Below the pieces are notes generated by a model. That model saw only the letters and a program-made list of their open reading frames with translations, had not been told where the DNA came from and searched no databases. Below, piece after piece: positions 24,241 through 33,018 of a stretch of 33,018 nt of DNA (positions within the stretch are counted from its first letter, which is position 1; every line of letters begins with the position of its first letter). Origin of the DNA: Catajapyx aquilonaris. Lineage: Eukaryota. A program made the position numbers and the translations under genes. The DNA lies in the NCBI GenBank assembly GCA_000934665.2, contig JYFJ02000229.1, positions 124,001-157,018 of the forward strand, given 5' to 3'.

Positions 24241-24824
24241 TACTGCTGCCAGTACACAATAAAATACAGCAAGTATAGTATTCTGGTAGTCTTATGGAGC
24301 TCAAAAGTAGTGCTGAATTCCTCAAAAAGCTTGTTTTTATATGGCTCATTTTTATGCTGGATAATCCTCTGAGCCAGCCAGGTCATCAGTTATACACTTC
24401 ACGGTATGCATATATCATATACTGTACTTGTACAGGTTGGGGGTCTATTTTTGTTACTACATGTGAATATCCTGAGAAGGATTTTTTGCTATCACTGTAG
24501 GGCCTACAGTGTAGGCAAAACAAGTTTTACAAAGCGTACAGTTGAGATGTGCAATGTGCAGTATTAGATCTGTCGCTTAATTGTCAAATTGTGATGCTTC
24601 AACCTCAGGGGCAACAAGGTACAGTACTTCTAAATAAAACTTGGCAGTGACACTGTGTATGACATTTTAAGCTACTCCATAAGACAGCCCGTACCGTAAG
24701 TAATAATAAGCTGTGATGTGTAAATTGTATCGCATTAACGTACTGACACAAAAATATCACTCTATTCCCACATATTTAAGGGCGCTACTTTCTCTGTAGC
24801 TATTAACTTCCAGTGACACCAACT

Positions 24825-25300
24825 GAATATTGAACAGTTGAACGTATCTGAGAACTGCCTTTCAATACTATTTTTGTACCAGTTGTTTGGGTGCTGTCAT
24901 CCGTTCCAGTGTCGCAGAGAATAATACCGTATTCGGTGTAGGGACGAGTTACTGGCAGGAAATAATACCAATTTTCTGGGCGTTTGGACATTTTACTGCT
25001 GTCAGACTTGGCATTTATGATGGCCCAATCTGTCTCTTTCGACATTCCCCGCGCTCCCTGCCAATTTCTGTCGACACGATTTCCAATGAAGAAATTCATG
25101 GACCCTGGACAGCATTAGACTATACTACAAAAGTTCTGGTATGAAACGGATACAGAGCCTGGAGAGAGACGGGAAGTGGAGGGGGAAATATAGTGGGGTT
25201 GCAGCAAATGACGGACAAGCCCCCGAATAGAATAACTGCTCAATACACATTAAATCCGCATTCCTCGTGCATAGTCCCAAAATAACCCGCAAATCGGCAT
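24825..25300 (+). mobile_element. Decayed RTE LINE 3' fragment
   Basis: In order across frameshifts: NIEQL, CRRE*YRI, GVWTFYCCQTWHL (~VWSxxLYGCETWTL), DTISNEEI, GNIV (~GHIx), PR..SPKIT (~RGRPKxTW). Confidence 0.5.
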
Positions 25301-26538
25301 TCTGGGACAGACGCAATTTATTATTCATGCTAATGACTATACAGGCAGTTTTATCTGGAAAGAAATCTGCCAATTTTTATCATATGCAGTTCTTTGGCCT
25401 ATCACACAAAACGTTATGACGCAACCAAACATGTAATTTTTAAGAAACGTAACGACACAAAAATACGAGTTGAAAGACCGCTGTATTATACCGCAGAAAA
25501 CCACAAATATGTATCATGTGACACATGTGTGCCATTTTACACAAAACGCGTTGACAATATTACCTGACACATTTTTGTGTGTTATACGACATCTGGTTCT
25601 GCTCGTAAGTGTGTTTCCGTTTTGTGTGTATAAGCATATAGGCTACTATACGCTAGCTACAGAGTCTGGGAAAGAGCAGCCTTTTTTTACCTCCACTCCT
25701 TTTCCTCCATTGGTACAGGGAATTCTTCACAAGCTACTCGTCTAAGATTTTGTCCAGGACCAATGTGACACACTGAAGGACTGAAAGTAACTTCCTGTTC
25801 CCATTCGAGCTGCCGGAAATATATAGGACTTCTACAGAGAGGCACGACGCCCGGCCTTATAGAGGTAGCGAGCACTCAAGGTATTATAAATTACGATCAT
25901 CGTTTTCATATTTGTCCGGACCAGAACAAACAGTCGCTAAATAACATTGTCTAGACTCTCCCATGTTGGTCGTTTGAATGAGAAATGCATTTCGAGAGCA
26001 AAGCACGTCAGATTATGTTTTGAACGCATTTATTGTGAAACATTTGTAGGCATGAGTTGATAAATTGTTGAAAGAATAAAGGGCGAGGCACTGTCATAGC
26101 TCAGTGACATAACGGAAATATAGCTAGTTATACAGTATAATGTTTTCAGTACACGTTAATGGGCAGGTCCAAACGAGTCCAAAATGCTTGTGAATTTTAA
26201 ATACCGCACCATTACACTATTACTCTTCACTTAGCTGATGACATTGTTATATTATAGATGCATATTAAAAGTAATGGGCATTCCTCGGTGACGTATAACG
26301 AGCGGCTGAAACTGCTACAATATTGTTTATAAAAATATTTGTTTTAACTGATACATTATTATTTATAGAAACGCGCGAGAACATGCTGCAACTGTCAGCA
26401 TCTTTGTAACTTTGTTCCTCAACCCGTCACATGCGGAAATGGAGAAATGTGCCGCAGAATATACGTCAAGCAGTATTTGGCCAATTGCGTATACATTAAG
26501 CTTATATTCACTACCTCAAGTACTAGTCAGTTTGACAT

Positions 26539-26583
26539 ATTAATTACTGAACTGCGAAATTAATTACTGAACTGAAAAATTAT
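26539..26583. repeat. 20-bp tandem duplication
   Basis: TAATTACTGAACTGCGAAAT followed by TAATTACTGAACTGAAAAAT (26541-26580). Confidence 0.85.
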
Positions 26584-27865
26584 TACCATTTCAGCAAATG
26601 ACAAGTTTGCCTTACACATACAAAAAGCGTGACAGCAGCAGCTCTTCAGGGTGGCTATAAGAGAACATGTGCGCCTGTCCCCGAGCCTGTCCCGCCGTTT
26701 TCCATTTCATAGTTTTCATACCTGCCTCGCCGAAAAGCCAGGCCGCCACATTTGTGGGAGGGCTACCCTGATCCAGCCCTTCCACTATCACCCGCGTTAT
26801 GATAATTTATTCTTTTAATTTCCAGACCCGCCTGCTACATTCATTACTCCGCCACTTTGTTGTCCAAAACTAATAACAGTATCGTAACGCTCAGGGGGCC
26901 AGAGTGGAGACAACTGCCATTGGAAGCCGATATTGAGTTTCTGGCGAAACGTCGCCTTTGCCACGGCTATTCATATCCAAAGACAACAATAGGTAGCGAT
27001 TCTGCTCCTCCCTGGAAAAACAGCGGGACCTACGACATGGCCCATCTCCATGGTGAAAATTAGGCAATATTTGTCCCACCCTGTCCGTCCACACTCGCTC
27101 CTCCGATTTTTTTGCTTGGCGACAAATGGCCGTTCCGTCGCCTTGATGTCTTGCCACACTTTTCGAATTTGCCTCTGACGCTGTTCCCAGTCGTTTGGAA
27201 AGTGTCACCCTTCTCCATTGCCCGATGTAAATACCTCATGAAACAGGTCGTTCCCCCCTTCAAATTTGCTTTCTTTCTCGAGTCTTTCCAATTTTTTTGG
27301 TTTTCGGGTCGGAAATCATGCGCGTAAGTCTTCATCCGAAGGGATCTTCCTTACCAGCGTTGGTCGACTTAATGACTGAATGAAAACTTAACCAAAGTGG
27401 TCATTAAAATGTATGAGAGGAAAAGGTTCCTTATCCCCGCCACCAACTTTTGGACGAAGTGGCTCCGTCGTAAAAATGATTCAGGTTGCGGAAGCAGAAA
27501 ACTCACGCATTCAACCCATATAACTCTCTAATTGATTTCCGTTTTCACGGAAATAGGCAAGCAAACGTTTCACCTCCCCGGGAAACTAAAACGGGGACTT
27601 GAGTCTCGATAGTCAATTATCGAAAGAGGCCTACAAGTGTGAGATTAACGGAGTAATCGCATTTCATAGCGTAGATACAATCTCGGCGAGAGATGTGAGA
27701 TTATCGCAGATGCAGCCGTTATCAGAGTACATTTTGTTACCTAAAAAGGGTAACAGCACCCTAATGACATCCGGACACGCACTGTGTTTGCAAACCCGCC
27801 TTTAAACTTAAGCACCACGGGGATGTATCATCGCTTCTTCCTGTAATTTTGGAGCGAATCAAATT

Positions 27866-27918
27866 TGTTCGAAACTAGACTTCTTTAATAATAATTAAAA
27901 GAAGTCTAGTTTCGGACA
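27866..27918. repeat. 53-bp near-perfect palindrome with AT-rich centre
   Basis: TGTTCGAAACTAGACTTCTTT (27866-27886) pairs with AAAGAAGTCTAGTTTCGGACA (27898-27918) at 20 of 21 positions, around AATAATAATTA. Confidence 0.92.
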
Positions 27919-29851
27919 TCATTCAAATTTGAAAGACTAAAGTCTAATTAATTTCTGGGGAGCTCGAGGTCTTCGGTGACCATTACACTGCCACAAGTAG
28001 ATTTAAACATGTTAAAGTGGTAGTTCTGAAAGTTTAACTTCACACTATTATGCACGGACCTTACAGACATTCGACAGTACTATTTTAAAGTGCACAAGAT
28101 ACCCTCGATTGAAAGTCAGCCCAGAGCAGGCCACTAACTCAACCCAATTTTGTACACCCCCAGAGCATCGCCATCCGGAAAGTTGAACCCTTCACGCACC
28201 GGAAAGTTATCAAAGAGATTCAAACTCACCCCATAGACGGCAAGCCATATTCCGGGCCAACACCTCCTTCGGTCCATCCAGTCCATTCAAAGAATCCTCA
28301 AGTGAACCTGAAGTGCCGGACACACCGTCTCTCTTGGAACGTCATGACACGTGGTGCACACAACTAGCCTATTTCCATAGTAGCCCCTCCGGTCATCCTC
28401 CCCCACCTTGCCTCCAATATATCTTAGAGTCACCTAAGTAAGTCTAAAGTGGCGCGCTTTCCCTCCCGCAAGACTAGTCTCCTCATGCATACCGCAGCCA
28501 CGACTAACCGTGCCTGCCCTTGGCACCGCACTACTACCGTACCTTCTCGGAGAGCTGGCTGCCCTCCTCTCCACCCCTCACCCGCCTTCCCGCCCTGCCC
28601 TACCCCGTCTCCCAAAATCCACAATTCGCCGTTACGCAGATCGATGCGTGGCCGCCATTAGTCCCCGGCTCCCGCGCGCGTCTGCTGGCGGGAAGCGCTA
28701 AAACCCGGACGGATGTCCGGACGTCGACTAGGGTGAAGGGGGCTGTCCACTCTTCTACCGGTTACCTGCTTGGGTTCACTACCCTCACACACATGACCTG
28801 GTCAAGTCACCGGTTGGGACACCGCAATTGATCGCGATCGGACCTGACCTACCCTCAGTCGCGTACCGACAAAAAAAGCACCAACTATATAAACGGAGGG
28901 CTACATAACCGTGATGATGAGCAAAGAAAGCGTTGAAGTCAAAGTTGAAGTTAATTTTTTTAAATTCTTCAAAGGTTTTTGAGTCCTACTTTGCTAATCA
29001 AAATACGTTGATTAGCGCTAGCTATAATTTATCACGAGAGTCTTTCCGGCGCGAAATCGTGTGAACGTTTGTAAGTTTCATATTAGGGTTCTTCCGAGGA
29101 GGTGGAAGTGGCGCAGAGCCAATACTCACATCTTTGGATAAAAAAGCACCAGGGGTTGATCTCAAGACCGTGTCTTCCGTCTCTTGACGTTGTTTTTGGT
29201 GGGAATGCGTTACCTTCCCACCCAGGTGAGCACGTATTGTCATTTATAAAATTGCATTTGGAGTTCTATTCATCACATTGTGTTAAATTAAACCTCCAAA
29301 AATTCTTGCAATTTCTGTAAACGTAAAGTAAAAGTAAAGTGCGATTCCTTTGCGAAAATGCATTGTCGAGGAGCCTAAAAGTTTGGCTTTTTGTTCCAGA
29401 GTGGAATTATTTTTGTCGATTGCTCTATAGTCTATAGCATATAGACTACCTCATGGCCAGAATACTGCCCAGTGCTGGATGAGTGGCATCCTGATATTGC
29501 CTTGAACAGGTTTACCTTCTTGTAAGCGTTTGCAACAATATAAACCCTGTAGATCGAAGAGCACGATATCGAGAACGCCAACCTTCCATCCATCTAGTGT
29601 TAAACCATTTAAAAAACAATCATACGATAAAAATCAGCGATTGCAGTCGAATTTAGTACCGAGGAAAAGAATAGTGTCCGTTAGTGGTGGTATTGGCAAG
29701 ATATAGCTAATGTGCATGTGTAGCAATAATTAGCCTACAAGAAAATGTGTTGCCATCATGAAGAGCAGTAGTTCCAAAAAAATATGAACAAGACTGGTAA
29801 GATACGACATAGGTCTATAGTATAGCCAGTCTTCGACTTATAGTCCGGACG

Positions 29852-30192
29852 TTAAGGGGTTCAACCGTGCATTTGGTGAAAAAAGCATGAAATTTGGTAC
29901 AAATGTCCCTGAGACCATACTCTTCATCAAATACAGATATGGCGCCACGCCCGTTTTCGCCCAGGAGGCGGGTTGGCTACCCTGAAGCGAGTGAAAAGTC
30001 TTTTTCTGAGCGAACTATTCTTCTTAGGCGGATATGTGCCAAACAAATGTTGTGGGGAAACATGTATGCTACAAAAAGTGTATAGTAACCTTTCCACGTA
30101 CGGACCGTACTTTCGGAGCTACAGCGACTTGAACCAAATTAAGGGACGAAAAAAAAGTCAACCGTGCATTGGTGAAATTTGGTAAGAATGTC
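29852..30192. mobile_element. Non-autonomous DNA transposon remnant with a duplicated terminal-like segment
   Basis: TTAAGGG..TCAACCGTGCATT(T)GGTGAA..ATTTGGTA..AATGTC occurs at 29852-29907 and again at 30139-30192. The TTAA-GG start is compatible with Kolobok-type ends (inference). Confidence 0.5.
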
Positions 30193-30269
30193 TTATTACG
30201 TAAGTGGATCGTTGCGCAACATTACAGTATAAGCAAGTCATGCTTTACTGAACGTAATTAGCAGCCTGT

Positions 30270-30430
30270 TTTATATCATTATAATATATAAAATTACATC
30301 ACATCATTACACACTACACAGTATTATATTAATAGTACGGTACTATACGTATATCATATCATATAATACAGTAATAGTATATCATATTACTGTTGTATTA
30401 TATCATATTATTATTAGTTCTACATTACAT
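30270..30430. repeat. AT-rich low-complexity region (ATATC/ACATT-like units) with an imperfect palindrome
   Basis: Repeated TATCATAT and TACAT units. ATATAATACAGTAATA pairs imperfectly with TATTACTGTTGTATTATAT. Confidence 0.7.
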
Positions 30431-30535
30431 TCCGAAACCACACTACTTGTGCCGAGGCGCGGGTCCGGCGCGGCGCCATTAAATATGAGTACACCTGTAT
30501 ATGGTTTTAGGGTAACTGCACTATTACTGTTCGTC

Positions 30536-30674
30536 CCAAGGGGGTAATCACTCGACTGAAAAGTGTACACTGGAGTACCAAGGAGTAATAAAGAGTGAGG
30601 TACCTGAGGAGTACCAGGGAGTAGCCTACCACTCGCAGGTGTACACAGGAGTACCAAAGTGATTACCCCCTCGG
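30536..30674. mobile_element. 139-bp MITE with 17-bp TIRs and 6-bp TSD, superfamily unassigned
   Basis: TIRs CCAAGGGGGTAATCACT and AGTGATTACCCCCTCGG match at 16 of 17 positions. TTCGTC flanks both sides (30530-30535 and 30675-30680). Internally, GTGTACACWGGAGTACCAA occurs twice and GGAGTA recurs. Confidence 0.85.
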
Positions 30675-30809
30675 TTCGTCTTGAATGCCGCTGTGCAAAA
30701 AACCTTATTATGGGTGTCTTATCATCATTCTGGTGCCGGTACCTGTGAGCAGTGACCTGCACCTAGCACAAGTTTTGGGGTTTAGAAATAACAATGCTAC
30801 TTTTCCAAT

Positions 30810-31200
30810 ACGTATAGGCCTATATGCCGTTAATTCCGCGATTTTTTGTTCACGATTGATTTTTATGTCAGTCAGGATCTACGTCAGTCAAGGCTTCGTA
30901 AGCATAGGACTGCCTCTACAATTATACATATGCAGGAGTTCCAGAGAAAAATCAACTTTATCACGTTTCACCTGTCCATTTCGGCCTCGAGAGGAGGTAT
31001 AGGCTAATAGCATAGTAAGATCAAGCGTTCTGGGATTGGTCAGAGTGGATAGTGATATGGCGGACTTATCTAAGTTCCCTACTTCCCATACATAGAGAAA
31101 TATTGATGAGACCGATTGCAGCTGCGTAATTTTACCAGGAATTCGAGCATAAATTGTGGCATGATATAATTGTAACAGAGTAGCCAAGTCTAATGTTATT
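30810..31200 (-). mobile_element. Decayed RTE LINE fragment
   Basis: GKITQLQSVSSIFLYVWEVGNLDKS (31062-31136) resembles KIRLLRSLVxSIFLYACExWTL. A weaker D(L)LTDIK motif follows downstream. Confidence 0.5.
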
Positions 31201-32707
31201 TAATACAGTGTCTCAAATTCCTTTTAATGTTTTATGGTGCTTGACCAAATCTGCACGCAACATGGAAGCCGTGACAACATTTATGCCAAGTTTTCGGTTA
31301 TAGAAATCTTTGTTTCCATCCCTTTCTGACTAATAGTCTTGTTGACTTCTTTCCGCTAACACATACTTTTTTGCTTCATGGAGAAAAAAGCTGTTGTGCT
31401 ACTTTGATTTATTGTTACATCATGACTACAACAAGGAGGGAATTTTGCTGTTATTGTTGCAAGTCAATTGTTATTATAATGTATCAGTAACTAGAATAAT
31501 TAATTTATTATCTTCCGCCTATACCCAGACATTTAAGGTTTCATGGGAAAAGGTGCTTTTTGGTGCCACAAACATTTGGCTCAAAGAAAAGTAGTGATCA
31601 CCGAAACAGACCGTTTAACCAACGTATTCCATTGTCATTGCTAATAACTATTTTGTTAGCCATTGTCGAAAAATCTTGCTGTAGTAATATCATTGTTGTG
31701 ACATAATAAGCCGATTTCTGGGTGAGTGCATTACAAAAATTAAAATGACAGGCCTCTTTATTTCAACAATGCCCTTCCTATAGAAAAAAATGAAGTGTCT
31801 CATGCACCAATGAACTAAAAATATGTTAGCCTGCAGAACTGTACAGTACAACAGACGTAAAGGATACGAGGCCGCGGAAATCAAAATTAATGCACTAGTG
31901 CTTAGAAACTCATCTCAGAATATTGTGAAGAATCTGCCTAATAGTTTATGCTGCAAACGTAACGAAATGAGGTAATAATATATTATTTAAAATGGAAGAC
32001 AAGGCACTGAATGCGGAAATGCTCAATTTCGCTGGAATTATTTACGTACTTATTCATCTGACTAGTTTAGTTAGTTTATTATTTAACCCTGGTAGCCTTC
32101 ACGCCTTTACATGGGGAGCTCCTCTACATATTTACAATTTCAAACTCTGTCACTTACCCTCTTACAGTATTTACCTTACATGTGATACCTCAATTCTTGC
32201 AGTAGTACAGGATACAGTGTTTTATTATGGGGGGTGGGGTCATAGTGTTATATCACAAAACCTTAGTTTGCTAATTATTGTCTTAAAGAAAGTTGCCAAT
32301 GTGTGTAGGTTTTGAGGATGCAAATTGGTTATTATTAAATCAAGTTTGTCAGGGGGAAATCGTGGAATAATTTTAGTATGTTACGTTGCACTTTGAAGAA
32401 GGGGCAATTGTATAATAGGTAGTGCAGATTGAATTCTTTCTTCGTTGCATAATGAACAGTAATCATCCTTGGACCATTGTAACTTGTATCCGTTGTACTG
32501 TACTGTATATGTACGGGGTTCCAATTCGTATTGAACAAATTAATCTAGTCAGCTGTAACGACTGGTCCCCTGACAGGTATATTTGGCCTCTAAAAGAAGG
32601 TTGAAGGTCCTGACAGTGAGGGTGACGAGTTGAGAGCATTAGGGTCGTCAAGTCTTCTTGTATTGTATCGTCTATGCATTTTATCAATATATCATTACAT
32701 AGGCTAC

Positions 32708-32870
32708 TCTCCTATCTCGTTGTGAATGGGCCCAGTATTCCCATGATATGCCTGCTATTTTGAAAATTTTATTGACTTGTGCAAACCAATTATTGCCTGT
32801 TCTATTATGACTAAACACTGCTTTGACTTCACGCATGCTTTTAAAAATTACAGTATGCCTACTTCAAGAC
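32708..32870 (-). mobile_element. Decayed RTE LINE C-terminal fragment
   Basis: LK*/HTVIFKSMREVKAVF..GNNWFAQVNKNF/KIAGISWEYWAHSQRDRR resembles LxWxGHVxRMxxxRxxKxVF..WxxxVxxDxxxxGIxW..AxDR. Confidence 0.45.
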
Positions 32871-33018
32871 TTTGTTTATTACTCAATCCCTGATTTCCAG
32901 GTCTTACAATTTCCAATTTATCTTATCCGATAAAGTTCTGGCCTTTCACATTAGTAAGCTACTGATTTGAAGAAAAAATGATCGCAATTATCCCCATGGA
33001 TGCAGATCAATATTAAGT

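Noticed and set aside
26857..27063. NSIVTLRGPEWRQL, resembling the cytochrome P450 WxxxR helix-C region
   Set aside because: The conserved Arg and the downstream LxPxF are missing, and no other P450 exons were found.
28870..29150. AAAAAAGCACC twice (reverse complement of a tracrRNA/sgRNA-like GGTGCTTTTTT end)
   Set aside because: A short low-complexity match with no scaffold hairpins, CRISPR repeats or cas genes, in a eukaryotic context.
29544..29565. ACCCTGTAGATC, resembling the 5' part of miR-10
   Set aside because: The 3' half diverges and no precursor hairpin is visible.
29906..29927. TCCCTGAGACC, resembling miR-125/lin-4
   Set aside because: Only 11 nt match, there is no hairpin, and it lies inside a transposon-like remnant.

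Overview
This is eukaryotic, most likely invertebrate animal, non-coding DNA from an intergenic region or a large intron. I could not support any intact protein-coding gene, tRNA/rRNA gene, CRISPR array or prokaryotic-type system, and the long ORFs in the track look like chance ORFs. The clearest elements are a young tRNA-Gly-like SINE with a 13-bp TSD (21241-21504), a hAT-type MITE (9484-9675), a 139-bp MITE with 17-bp TIRs and an unusual 6-bp TSD (30536-30674), a 139-bp foldback (5763-5901) and several short palindromes. Manual translation also suggests about ten heavily decayed RTE-type LINE fragments, a decayed Helitron/PIF1-type helicase fragment and a V-SINE-like core. These AT-rich relic zones alternate with GC/CpG-richer blocks in which I recognised no TEs and which may be regulatory. 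TACAGTA/TACTGTA heptamers, the canonical Tc1/mariner excision footprint, appear several-fold enriched. All protein-motif assignments were made by eye from remembered family consensus and need database confirmation.
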